From the NCBI GenBank assembly GCA_048772705.1, contig JBLWGC010000213.1:124001-188000 (forward strand): a stretch of 64,000 nt of DNA. The letters run 5' to 3'. This DNA is from Leidyana gryllorum EB-2025a. Taxonomy: Eukaryota; Protista; Apicomplexa. The position numbers and the translations under genes were made by a program. Position 1 is the first letter of the stretch. Every line of letters starts with the position of its first letter. Shown here piece by piece: positions 1 through 12,588 of this stretch. A model generated the notes under the pieces. The model had not been told where the DNA came from and ran no database searches. It worked only from the letters and a program-made list of their open reading frames with translations.

Positions 1-129
1 TCTTTCCGCCTCTTGCTTCGACGGCAGATCATGTAAACAATTCTGACTCGAAGTGTGAGGCCGAGGAGGAGGGCTGACAGCCTCTGCCTTGAAGAAGTCT
101 GGCATGTTTTTGGTGTCAAATATTAGAAA

Positions 130-515
130 ATGACCCCTCTGCCTGCACGCATGGAGGAAGCGATATGTGAAATTCTACGGCACCATCTACCCCGGCACCT
201 TACCATCAACATCATCAAGTACGTCTAAATGCACCGTAAACCACTTATTCGGAACCACAAGAAATGAGTTGAAAGATGAATTTGGCGAAGAAAACGTCGC
301 CAAGTTGCACAATGACATTCGAGCGTTCGTCGTTGAACGCCTCCTTGATGGTACGCTAAACGTGCAGTATGCAATATCTGATGACCGTCCGTTTGTCGTC
401 GCGATACACAGGGGTCCCAGTCGAAGAAGAAGTGGCCCGTGTTGTGAGGCGAACCGAAGAGTCCTGGACGGCTGCGACAGCTCGCCACCTATCGCAGTGT
501 AACAAAGAAGCCTAG
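130..515 (+). CDS. small (~93 aa) DEK_C-like helical protein; exons 130-218, 262-350, 412-515
   Basis: GT-AG introns 219-261 and 351-411 keep frame: MTPLPARMEEAICEILRHHLPRHLTINIIKNELKDEFGEENVAKLHNDIRAFVVERLLDG...; hydrophobic spacing resembles DEK C-terminal domain (I..IL....T...I...L...FG). Confidence 0.45.
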
Positions 516-531
516 GTTTTTTGAAAACAAA

Positions 532-1168
532 ATGGAGGGTAGCAAGTCGCCCACCTCCACTCCCCAACCGTCGTCCACTGGGTAAGACAGACTGACAGAC
601 AGAGATCTGTGCAAACCACGTTCAACTCGTAAAGGCGCGGAAAGTCCTATGACGGAACTCGGAGCGGTGGCCGAGGGGGCAAATCGCTATCATCCACTCC
701 CTCGACTGGTAAGCTGATTCTGTAATGTGTGTGCGAATGTGTGTGTACATATGTGATCTGGTGTGATCAGCATCGAGCCGTCGGAGTAGCACGGATGGTA
801 CGGCAGTGAAGAAGAAGAAGAAGAAGGCTGCTAGCCGGTCTTCCAAGTCTGAGACGTACACTAATTGTATCTTCAAGCTGTTGCGTCAAATGAAGCCGGG
901 AACCCGTATCACTCAACGAGCCATGTCGATCATGAATTCGTTTGTCACGGACGCTTTTGAGAGGATCGCTGCTGAGGCCGGCTCGCTTTGCACTCGAGCC
1001 AAAAAGGATACACTCACGTGTAATGAAGTTCGTACCGCGGTTCGGCTGGTTCTTCCAGGCGATCTCGCGAAACATGCTATCATTGAAGGGTTGAATGCAG
1101 TCCAACTGTTCACAGAAGAGGAGGAGAAGGATAAACGCACCGGATCTTCCAGTTCAAAGAGATCCTAA
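532..1168 (+). CDS. H2B: divergent histone H2B variant; exons 532-581, 635-708, 771-1168 (~173 aa)
   Basis: H2B fold motifs AMSIMNSFVTDAFERIAAEA and EVRTAVRLVLPGDLAKHA; ATG in AAAATGG context; GT-AG introns 582-634 and 709-770 give an open frame. Confidence 0.9.
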
Positions 1169-4100
1169 ACCGTCGCGTATGCACTCATATTGGCCACCAG
1201 TACACCCCTCAGACCGTCGTTGAGCACATACGCATCGTGACGTCTGCTCCAAATCAGATGCCGCGGCTTCCGAGCCCGTTCTAGCTCCTCCCCTGCGAGC
1301 AACATTTTCAGTCTGTCACCACCTCTCCCCTCACCTATGCTGACGATGTGACCGTCGCACATATTTTCCAGAGCCTTCCGAGGATCACAGAACACTGTCC
1401 CACTCACTCTGTCAACCATTCGCGTTTTCCCGTTCTTCTCGTGCATCATCACCATCCTACGTTCCTCCGTTGTTAGCAGCAGAACCGCCTTACATCTAAT
1501 CCAAACTTACTCAATCAGATTGTGTTGAGATTGCACTGGCACACCGGGCCGCAGTCTGGTCAGAGGCAGAGGCTCGCCAGCCGCTGAATCTCCTCCCCTC
1601 CCACTCTCCGCGCCCGCCAAATGGACATAGAATCGCGTCGTTGTATACTTGAGCTCGTGATCGTACTCGTGCACCAACGCCACCAGCGGCCGATTTCCAC
1701 GAGACACCAACACACTCTTAACGTCCAGCAGCCGCGGCCCCCTCCACTCCTTTAAGCTGTGAAGCGTCCGTTGCCGCAGGTTGAAATTGGCATCGGGTGC
1801 AGTGACTTGCATCAGCAACGAGAGAGTCCAACTCGTCGCACTCGACAGCCGGATCCCCGGCTGCAAGGCTACGTGACACTGAGCGGAGAGAATGCTCAAA
1901 CCATAACTCTCCTTTACATCCACTACAGCGTCCTCGATAGCTTCCCGACGCAGTGCCGAGTAGGCAACTCGAGGAGCGCGAATCCCAGCTTCGTTACCCG
2001 ACCACTCCACTCGGACAGCGGTCAGACCCTCTTCATCGCACTCCCCAAAGCCGCACTGGGCTCCTCCGAACGAGTCGGCAGTGATCTCGCGTCTCCGAAC
2101 TACTTTGACCATCGACAAAAGCCGTTGACAGGATATAAAAGCGGCCACAGTTCTCCTTATATCCTCAGGGCTCAGCGGCGGAGCCGCCTGAGTTGGCACA
2201 ACTGAACTTCTAACGGCCACAGAGGCAGAGACAGCCTCTGTCCTCTGCTCACCCGCTGTTGACGGACATTCGGTCACGACATCGGACATACTCTCGCTAC
2301 AAAGAGAGGGCCTCGGTTGAGACGCGCCACCACCTTTGGGTCCCAAAGGAACTCTCTCTTCGCAGGATGAACTTTGACCAGAACGGCGGGACGTCGCCGA
2401 CTCGCCGCCCTCAGCTTTGAGCACCGGGAGCGGCGGCGTATCTTTATTGCGATGAGAGAGATTTGAAGGACCCGAACTGTCCGTCTTGATATCCTCTGTG
2501 AGCAGTTTGACTGCTGGCACATCTCTGACTGAGACATAGATCGATTTAGATCCGTCAGGATTTGTCTTTGTGTGCAGTCTTCCCGAGGGCAGTTGCGACG
2601 ATGGTGGGGTCCCATTCTCCGCCGCCGCCGCCACATTCCTACCGACCCCCCGGTGATGATCACTCGGCCGCCCAGCGACCGACGAGGCGCTCCTACAGGA
2701 AGGGGGCTCATTCTCTGCTCTCTCGGATCGTGGAGAGTCTGGCTGCTTCAAGAGACGCCGGGTGGCTGTCTCGGGGCCCGAGGAGTGATCAGCTGATCGC
2801 CGGGTGGGCTCTCCATTGGATCCAGTCACAGCGACGGGAAGCCCTCGGGCGCCCTTTTCAGTTTTGATATGTGTGACTGTTGTTCGTTCCTCCGGCTTGA
2901 CAGGAATGGGCTCTATTTGAGTTGTGGCCACTTCTTCTTCTTCTTCGAGCTTCACAGACGACTCCTGACTTTTGACATTAGCCTCACTCTTGAAACGTTT
3001 TACGTCGGGCTTTACTCTGAAAAAGTTGATCTCCTGTGAGGTTGGGGAGGGCGGTCGCTTTTTGCACACGGGAGGTGCCGTTTGGGGCCGAAGTTCCGGA
3101 GGCAGATTCAGATCCCGATACAGTTTGTGTATCCACCGATTGAGCGGAACGAATCTCATCTGGACAGCGCGATCTACACCTTCCATATCGACAGCGGGAT
3201 GACCCGCTTTAACAATAAAGTCTTCAATCTTAGCTCGAACAGTTAGGATAAGACTCTTTAAATCGCTATACACTTCTTCCTCTCCATCGATAGACGGGCC
3301 CGCCGTCTGTGATTCCACCAAAACTGCGGCATCCCGGATATCCCTCAGTTCTCGAGCGAAATCGAATATCCAACTCAGAGGAGTGGCGATCGGTTTCTTG
3401 TTCTCGTCGCCCTCCGGAGCCTCGGGCGGGCAGTTTGGCTCAAAATAGAGCTTTCCGACCACCGGATCCAACAGAACATCGCACAAATGGAACACCGAGA
3501 ATAGACTCCGAGGCACATTCCGGGCATCAATCTGCAAAATTCGACTGAAGTGACTGGTCAATAACTCCTGTCCTTGTTCTTGGCCTCCAGCGACTCCGTG
3601 CATCACGCTGGAAATGAATCCAGCCAGGAATGTGCTGATGTGTGTGTCTCCATCGACCATTTCCAGCAGAATCTCCGTTGGGGTCACATCCCTCCACAGA
3701 GAGCGACGGGCATCTCTGTCGACTATCAACTTGTCTCGAGCCTCCGTCTTTGATCTCAGCTTCCTGACTGTCTTTTCGAGATCCTGGGCCCGAGATCGAC
3801 ACTCCAGCGCGTACCGTGCCCGAGCATACAGCTCACACTCTCGTTCGTGATTCTGTTTGAAATGCACCCCAATGATCAGACGAGCGCCGCACTTGCCACA
3901 TGTCTCCACGAGATCTGCGAACACTGTACGAAATTTGCATCGGCTCTGGTAATGGGTCTCAGCGTTATTCCCCACAACGTGACGGGCTCCGAATCCTCTC
4001 TCTTCAGCTATTATGGAATACACACAGTACGCATCCACACGCTTCTCCACCGTCCCACCCAACGTCGCAAGACTATCGGTCACCAGTCTCGACATGTCTT

Positions 4101-5761
4101 GCCGCTCCCGTTTTCTCAGCAACTCCGCCAACTTTCGACATTCCGTTATGGCCAGATTCTTCTCCCCTCCAATCTTTTCAATGTGGGCTTCGGTCAACTC
4201 CATCTCTCGAACAGCCCGAATCACGTCTCGTTTCAAACTGTCCCTTTGTCCCTGGACCTTCAGCAAGAATTGCTGCAGCGCCGCTATCTCCTTAGATCGG
4301 TCGGGAGCACTCGGAGCGGCTCGCATGGCTTCCAGTTGAGCGTTGACCATATCAGTCTCTTTGTTCTTTGTCACCAATGCTTCATCCAATTCGGCCCAGC
4401 TCCTGGCCAAGGCTTCCGCATGGTCCCGGGTGTTGGCCAACTCGGTCTCCAACTCTTGGATATGTTTGACTAATCTTTCGTGACTCTCTCTCCGCGACCA
4501 ATAGGCGTCACCATAACTTATCAGTATCTCTTCGCCAGGCTCGATTTGTCTGTCAGTCAGTTTGGCAGTTTGGCAGAAGTGGCCACCAATTGTGGAGGAA
4601 GCGACTCACCGTTCGGCGATGAAGAATATGTGTTGAATTCCCAAAATGTCCACATCGATCGCTTTGCAATTCGGCGCGTGCGTACAACCCGGGGGGTAAC
4701 CCATACTGACTTCAAAACCTGTGGGGTCGTTAGCTATCGCCAATTCGTTGCGAACTTCCATAGCATCAAAGTTCCAGTGTGCTCCCTGTTCCTCGATCCC
4801 ACGCCGAACACAGCTGGGCTTGACTCCTTTGATGGGCCAGTCTTTGGCCACAGTGTCTGGTGTATGAATCTCGTTGCCATTGTCATCCATATCCGAGTCC
4901 AGTTCGGTCTCATTGTCCTGATCATCACCCTCCACGTCCGAGACGTCGGCAAAAAAGTGCCGCACACCGTCGGTATCCGGACTCCGCTGACCAGCTGCAG
5001 TGCGATCCCGCGTTGCTGCCTCGAAGGAGTACGTCCATCGACCCTCTGTTATCCCCGCCTCAGCGTCCAGTTGCTCAGTGAAGGTATCGGGGTGCAGAAC
5101 ACTCCCGTAACACGGCCCTATGACGCTCCGTCGATTGATCCTCTCCGTGGCCATCAGGCGATAGGACGTATCTGTCAAGTTGGGAATGCGAAATGGGTGG
5201 AGAGCACTCACTCGGGGGGCCACAGAAGGCCGGATGCCGTCGGTCGGTAATTGCCTCCACCCTCAACGGAAACGGTGCGCCCTGGAGTGGATGGCGATTT
5301 GGGATTATCGAATGATAAGGGAAGCGCTCACATTCATATATTTGATGATTTGACTTTTCACTGTCTTGGAGAGCACATTGGATGCACTGATTTCCTTGGG
5401 GATAATACACACCTCTTTGGCGGACAGTTTGATTGGGTACTATGGGGTGGACAGGAGGGACATAATGAGGGGCGACTCATTTATTAGTGTGTACCTTGAG
5501 GCCCATTAGCTTGCGGGGCTCTCCGCCGATGTGAATTGAGGTCGTGAACCATCTCGGATCATCAGAGTGGGGGCCAAACATGAAGGGGGAATACTTGCGT
5601 TTGCGTCGAAGCCATTGAGTGTGTTGGGTGATGAGCTTTTGACTCAGCCGAGAGTTCTGTGACTTGCATAGTTCAACACGCCATTTCTCCAGGGTGCGTT
5701 TGGTTTCCGGCGTGAAAAGGACCCCATGATGCTTAACTGCGTTCCTGAGCCATCCAGTCAT
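1165..5761 (-). CDS. SET-domain protein with coiled coil, TRAF-like Zn finger and long low-complexity region; exons 5761-5495, 5439-5332, 5281-5212, 5171-4610, 4549-1511, 1456-1165 (~1445 aa)
   Basis: Five phase-compatible GT-AG introns join the ORFs; spliced SET motifs ITDRRHPAF..SYRLMATERINRRSVIGPCYG, FDAMEVRNELAIAND..PNC, HIFFIAERQIEPGEEILISYGDAYW. Confidence 0.85.
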
Positions 5762-5794
5762 GCAAGTCAGTAGACGCTTTTTTAAGTCATATTG

Positions 5795-8075
5795 TCAGGT
5801 TTCTGGCTCATCTATCGAGTAATCCAAAGCAAAATGGTCCGTTGATGAATCTTCTTCTGCGACAACGGCCGGAATAGTAGCCGGAGCCGGAGGCGGTTGT
5901 TCCACAACCTCCTCTTGCTTCGTGGCGACACTTTCGCTTGCCTGAGAAGCTGGCTCACTCGCTACATTGACTGAGGTTAAGGATGATGGTTCAGTTCGCA
6001 TCTTTTTAGGCTCCCCTCCTGCAAACCGCTGTTCCACAAAGCAACTGTCACCAGAATGCCCACCTGACTCGTCCTCCCTTTCAGATTCATCTGGAGCTCC
6101 ACGTTTCCGTTGCTGACCCTGAATGGCCTCTCCAAGCGGTATTGTCGGCAAACCTGGGGCAGCACGCTGGATTTCACCACCCGAACCCAACTTACTTTCC
6201 TCGCTTGGCCCCTCCTCGCTTGGCCCCAATTCCATCACTGTGGGTGGAAGAGATTCTACCCCGTCATTCTGACCCAAATCATCGACTGGTACACGCACTT
6301 CAGGTTTCTCGCGCTTCAGCAACTCCCGAGGTAATTGGGATCGCTTTCGATACTGAATCCGGAAGTTCACTACATCCAGCAGTGCTTCACGCGAGTTCCA
6401 TTGACTGACGATATTCATGAATTCCGTCGCTACCCGTCTAAAGTCCACCAACTTGGGCCCATACTCTTCCGGGCCCTGCCGCTTCGGCTCATCAGGTGAT
6501 CTAAAGTCAAGCCCGATGTAGATGGTGGTCGTCCTGTCCCACCCCGGCTCCTGTCGAAACGATAAAGTCATGCGGGAACAACATCGCCTCTTACCGTCGA
6601 CTCGTAGTGCTTCGGCCAGGGATGAACGGTTGGGACATTCATTGCGGAGAACAACTGACGAATCAACAACCGCAGCTTCGATTCTACCCAACCCAACCAC
6701 GAACGGTACACCGCGTCGCCCTTAGCTTGGAGTGTGATCATTAGAAAATGCTTATATTCTCGGAAGAATGGGAATTTCTGCGATATAAAACCGATCGAAT
6801 GTCATTGTGGATAACAGCAGGGGCAATATTCAGACGCGGGCACTCATCGACGATCACCAGCACGTGTAAAACTCCTCACCTGTAATACGTCATCCCATGT
6901 CATGGTACCTTCTTCAATTTTGTCCACGCGTTCAGACGCCACACCAAGTTCTCTCATGATAATATCAAATGTTGGCTGGGTCACATTGTGGGTGGAGTTC
7001 ATCGATGGAAAGGCTGGCGTGATAATTGGCATCATATGATGCTTGTCGGCCGAGTTTGATCGTGGGTTCCACACCCTGAAACCACTCAAACCATCCACAT
7101 CACAGTGCTCTTTTATGGTACAAAGGACCACTGGATTCTCCCATCTCCACAGTCGATATATTTTGAAGAATTTCTTGACTACTTGATTGGGGGCATAGCG
7201 CGGATAAAGTTGGCACACGCGCGCGACAAGGAGCGCCCAGGAGACGCCTCCCAGAAAACCAACAATGTTCCCGTAGATACCCCTATAAAAGGTGACGAAC
7301 CGTAACAAGCAGCGATCTTCTCCCATATATTGCACCTACCGATTCTTGGCCCACTGCTTGATGAAGCGCAGAGCAGTTCGAAAGGTCTCTGGGTGCGGTA
7401 CCAGGGCCAACATCATGTCTGCCACCCTGCATCCGTTCAACGAACGCGCGGTCTTTTCGTCCACATGGCGCAAGACACCGTCGTCCAGAAGGGAGGTGAT
7501 GTCCTGCCGGATGCGGTTGACTGGCAACCGGGCAAATAGGAGGTCTATGTCCACGCCATAATATTGTAACTTGATGATAGGAGTGAAAGCGTCAGGGATG
7601 GACGTCAAGCCAGTGACATTCGGATCCTATTCACAAGAGTTAATGACCGCGTTCGTGGAGGATTGGGTTCACATACCTGTTGGAGCTTGGCAAATAAGTA
7701 GGTAAAGAACGCCTCGCGCGTAACGTAAGAAGGCGCGACGCAGAGAGTATCTATATCACTGGACGGCGTCACCACGCCGAGCCTGTAGCTGCCAAAGGTA
7801 AAGATCTTGCCACCAGCGTGTTCTACCTCCTCCTCGGAACAGCCGGCGCTGACACATACTTCACGGACCCATTCTTGCACTAGTTTGTCCAGTTGTTGTA
7901 GAACGAACTCTCGATGACGGCTGCCTTCAGGAGTCTCATACAATCCTCTGGCCCGTAATGTAGCTTCCAGCTGTTGCGTTAATTTGCGATCCTTTGCGGT
8001 CGGCCGCTCCCAAGATATGGGATTTGTGACACCATATTTGTAAATCTGGCCTGGTCCAGGAGGCTGGACCTCCAT
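5795..8075 (-). CDS. PAP1: canonical poly(A) polymerase (multi-exon)
   Basis: YGVTNPIS, FTFGSYRLGV..SDIDTLCV, SLNGCRV, GFLGGVSWALLVARVCQLYP, MPIITPAFPSMNSTHNV. Confidence 0.97.
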
Positions 8076-8159
8076 CCTGTTGCTCCAACAAGTTTTTTTA
8101 CGGGACTTGGACGCTTGTCCAGCCTGTGACACTAAGGTTACCACACACGCTTGTTGGCC

Positions 8160-9748
8160 ATGGCCACAGACACTGGTGATGTCAAAAGACTCTCTTTGAA
8201 TGACCCAAGAGCGCGCCACTGGTAAAGTGGTGCCCCTATAAGTGATGTGCAATTTGTGATAGGGTCAACGACCGAGAGGTGAATGGGTGCTCTGGATGCT
8301 TCGAGCACTTCTCCGTTCGCAAACGCAAACATCATTGCCGTGCCTGTGGCCGAATCTACTGTGCTGACTGTTCGCATCGAAGGTCCGAATAATCGCTATG
8401 AAAACCTAATTGCCTAACCAGAATCCCACTCCACGATATTGGCTTTAAAGTACCCGTACGCGTGTGTGAGGGTGGGTGACTGTTCGAATAGCTACTCCCC
8501 TATGTGCGCATCTTTTGAATTTAAGAGTGCTATCTGGCAAGAGACGCAGCAGCCAGTCAGTCTCTGGCAGAGGATTTAGGTACAGCCAGGTCGAACTATT
8601 CCTATTCTTGAGCTGTCGTTGAACGACAGATGTCCAAGACTCAATGGTCGGTGCTCTCAAACGTGCACTAGTGAGTCGTTTCTTACTCACCCGGGTGCGA
8701 CGCGATATATCAGCACCAGAAGGTGTTACTGTTGGATAACGTGAGGGGCTTCTTGGAATCGGTGAGACCGCTGGGGAGCATTAGATGTGTACCGCTGCCG
8801 CTCACAGATAGTAGAGCGAGTGGACGACGTGCGTGGGATTCCGGTTGAGGATCAAACTGACGCCGCAACTGAGGCGAGCAATTTCACTGATGACGGATAT
8901 GGGGCTCTTGAAGAGTGAGCTTCCGCCTAACCACTCTAGAAGCCTGCCCTTTGATACAGAATTGGGCCTCAGTACAGCAATGATGAGTCGCTGGAAGCTA
9001 CAATGAGAAGGTCTACCGAGAAGCTGGATAAGCTCTGGGCTTATCTGGGCCTCCTCAAGGACAACGAGCGATCCCAGTAGGTTGCAATCCAAGTGCGTCT
9101 CGCTCGCACACACACCGTCCGCCCTACCGCTAGACACTTGGTGATCAATCATTTGAGGGAAGAGAACGAGCACGCAAAGGAGCACATGGCGGTTCTGACG
9201 GGTATGCTGGAGAGCACCCGGAAGCAGAATGAAGCGGCAATGCGGCGACAAAATCAACTGGAGGCGGACCTGAAGGTAGCTGGCCCGCGGCGTAGGCCGT
9301 TACATTTGTCGCTTCCCACAGATTGCCCAAAGTCGTTTGGCCGAGTTATCGGCTGCCGCTGAACAGCAGGCGGCTCGCGACAATGGGTAAGTCTTATGCG
9401 ATTTGCTTCGCTGTGTACGGACAAAAGTGAAAGGGGGGAAGCCGCCGAGCTTCCAAACGATGATGGTAACAATGGATCAATTTGTGGACTTTTGCGGCGA
9501 CTGTGCCCGAGTTGGCCGAGTTGGCGACTGGTGGGGTCTTTGTCGACACCAGTGGAAATAGCAGGTGCCCGGACGCCCGAGATACTAGGACGTGCTGGGG
9601 AGCCAGTGAGTGGATCCAGTCGAAAGAGCACACTAAGCACTCAATTCTTAAGATATTCGCAGCTTCGAGCCCCGTCGAGAGCACCTGTTGCCACCGCCGC
9701 CCCGTACCCCGGCGGTGGGGTAACTATGAGCATCCTTTGCTGGACTAG
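8160..9748 (+). CDS. FYVE zinc-finger plus coiled-coil protein (multi-exon, mostly missed by ORF track)
   Basis: Splicing (first intron 8222-8262) yields WVNDREVNGCSGCFEHFSVRKRKHHCRACGRIYCADCS...VRVCEECY with WxxD, RKHHCR and RVC motifs; coiled-coil exons follow; 3' end less certain. Confidence 0.85.
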
Positions 9749-9787
9749 TAGTTCGTTTTTTGACCAATTTGTTTTTGCCCCCCTCCG

Positions 9788-11055
9788 ATGCCACCTAAGA
9801 AGAAGGAAGAGGCTCCTCAGAAGATCCTTCTGGGAAGGTAGGTGGTGTTTATGACGTTCAATACGCTCGCAGACCCAAAGGGAATCTTCGTATGGGTTTG
9901 GTTGGTCTACCCAATGTAGGCAAGTCCACCACCTTCAACTTGCTGTGCAGACAAGCTGTTCCCGCTGAGAACTTTCCTTTCTGTACCATCGACCCGCATG
10001 AGGCCCGTATGAATGTGCCCGATGATCGTTTCAAGTGGCTGTGTTCTCACTACAAACCCAAGAGCGAAGTCCCGGCAACACTCACTATTTATGACATCGC
10101 AGGATTGGTCCCCGGCGCTCACTTGGGAGAAGGGCTCGGCAACGCCTTCTTGTCCCATATCCAGGCCGTCGATGGCATCTACCACGTCGTCCGTGCCTTC
10201 GAGAACGAAGAGATCATCCACTCCGAAGGCGAGGTGAACCCCGTCAACGATTTGGAGACCATCAGCAACGAATTGAGATTCAAAGATCTCGAGAGAGTCA
10301 AACAACGAGTTGAGGAATTGCGCCGCGTCGTCTCCAGAGGACAGGACAAGTCCAAGAAGTCCGAACTCGAGATTCTCGAGGCCGTCATGCAGTGGCTGGA
10401 AGATGGAAAATGGATCTCCTCCAATAACGCCTGGACCAGCAAGGAGGTTGAGGTCATCAACGAATATACCTTCCTCACTGCCAAACCTGTCGTCTATCTG
10501 GTCAACATGTCTGAAACCGATTACATCAGACAGAAGAACAAGTGGCTCGTCAAAATTCACAAATGGGTGACAGAGAACCTGCCCGGTCCCATGATCCCTT
10601 ACTCTGCTGAATTCGAAGAGAAACTCTCTGGCATGAGTACTGACCAGGAAAAAGAGGACTACATCAAACAGGTCGGAGCCAAGGGTTCAGCACTCGACAA
10701 GATCGTCAACACCGGTTACTCCACCCTCAACCTTCTCCACTACTTCACCGCTGGAGAGGACGAGGTCAAGTGTTGGACTATCCGTCAAGGCACCAAAGCC
10801 CCACAAGCCGCTGGTATCATCCATACTGATATGGAGAAGGGTTTCATCTGTGCCGAAATCACCAAATACGACGACCTGGTCGCCGCCGGTTCAGATGCAG
10901 CTGTCAAGGCCGCAGGCAAGTTGTTGACCAAAGGGTACGTTACGTCAAACCAAAATCACATATACTGTTCACTTCATCGCAGCAAGGAGTATGTCATGGA
11001 GGATGGTGACATTGCTTTCTACAAGTTCAACCCGTCAGGAGGGGGGAAGAAGTAA
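9788..11055 (+). CDS. OLA1: Obg-like ATPase OLA1/YchF; introns 9838-9872 and 10935-10982
   Basis: GLVGLPNVGKST, ENFPFCTIDP, DIAGLV, GEGLGNAFLSHI, KAPQAAGIIHTD. Confidence 0.98.
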
Positions 11056-11177
11056 TTTTGGTTGGAACATAGATAGGGGATTGGGTGCGAAAAAAAACGG
11101 CTGGTGTTCAGTGTTCTAAAAAAAGACTTCAGAGCCTTTTAGGAGGTGTCTTCTCGACCACACAACTCTCACTCACC

Positions 11178-11682
11178 ATGGCTCGCATGTACGGAAAGGC
11201 TAAGGGTATCAGCCGCTCGGCTTTACCCTACAAGCGCTCGGCTCCCGTCTGGTGCAAGGCCACCGCCGATGAGGTCACCAAGAGCATTGTCCAGCTCGCT
11301 AAGAAGGGTATGACCCCCTCCCAAATCGGTGTTGCGCTCCGTGACTCCCAGGGTATCCCCCGCGTCAAGGCCATCACTGGTACCCTCATCACTCGTATCC
11401 TCCGCAAGCAGGGTAAGTCAGCTTCACTCGTGGAGCGGATACCATACTCATTCCTCCTTAGGTCTCGCTTCCGAAATCCCTGAGGACCTCTACTTCCTCA
11501 TGAAGAAGGCCGTCACCATGCGCAAGCACTTCGAGAAGGCCAACAACGATAAGGACTGCAAGTTCCGTCTGATTCTCTGCGAGTCCAAGATCCACCGTCT
11601 CGCCAGATACTACAGAAAGACCCACAAGCTTCCTCCCACCTGGAAGTACACCGCCGCTAAGGCCTCTGCCGCTGTGGCTTAA
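11178..11682 (+). CDS. RPS13: 40S ribosomal protein S13 (uS15); intron 11412-11461
   Basis: [64 protein letters not shown]. Confidence 0.98.
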
Positions 11683-11762
11683 ACACCTTCTTGTTGTGGC
11701 TTGCCTTGCTTGCGTGCGACCAAACCGAACCGAAAGGAGTTGAGAGACGAGAATCATATTCC

Positions 11763-12551
11763 TCATCTATCAAACAGTTTGTTGTTCCTGATCTGCATGG
11801 GTTTGACCTTGTCGGGCATCCCTAGTTCCTCCCCTAGTAGAAAGGCATCCTCAGGACTTAAGTGTCCAACTCCTAAGCGATAGAGCTCTTCCACCGTCTG
11901 GACTCCGAACGGATTTTGGTCACGTGCATCCTCCGAAGAGTTTGTGATAGCCGATGGAGGAATGGCGATGTCCACTTTGCACAGAGCGGGCACGTGGTTC
12001 TTTCCATCTTCAGCTGACTTGGCAGTCACTCAGACTTGTAAACTCGAGCTCACCTGGCGAACACGATACTGTATGACGTAATTGAGTTTCTGCTGGTACA
12101 GGCATGCGCATCGGGAATGTCCACCGTTCGTCGTCTAAACACAGCGATAGGCACTTGTCAGTTCGGTTCACTCACATCCGGCTGGCAATGACAGCCCTAT
12201 TCTGTCGCGTTTCGCAATGTGCAGTTCCAGCTGATTACGCCATGTGGCTGATGGGGGTCCTAAAGTGGCCACTATCTGACTGGGACGGAAGGTCTTTGGT
12301 AAGTTTCTGCAATCAAAGATGGCCCATGGGAATTAGCTCTCATGGCTGACTGACTCCAAAGTAACGATGTAATGTTGACTTCCATCCATGCCTTGTCTGA
12401 ATACCACACCTTCTTGGTACCTTCACAGAGCGGCGTTTCTAAGTGACACCAATTGCCCTCACTGTGGTTTGGATGCAAGCATCTGGCGTTTCATCATCCT
12501 TATGTAGCCATTGGTCGGAGTTAGACACATCAGTAATAATCCTGTCAGCAT
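11763..12551 (-). CDS. hypothetical multi-exon protein; 5' structure unresolved
   Basis: Terminal exon ORF to 11763 and a phase-0 upstream exon (TTNGGHSRCACLYQQKLNYVIQYRVRQ) between GTGAG donors and AG acceptors; possible signal-like start MLTGLLLMCL. Confidence 0.4.
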
Positions 12552-12588
12552 CGCACACGTGTGAGCTCGGACAATTACCGAGCACTTT

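Noticed and set aside
1507-4452. 981-aa intronless ORF next to an odd histone as an endogenous viral element
   Set aside because: It is one internal exon of the intron-containing SET gene, with no viral hallmark motifs
5330-5390. CxxC-x10-H-x4-C Gag-like zinc knuckle in ORF 5075..5410
   Set aside because: The spliced SET gene reads this exon in another frame, and there is no RT, integrase or LTR nearby
11763-12029. APC13-like similarity (DIAIPP...LGVGHL)
   Set aside because: Too few matching residues and the conserved Trp residues are absent
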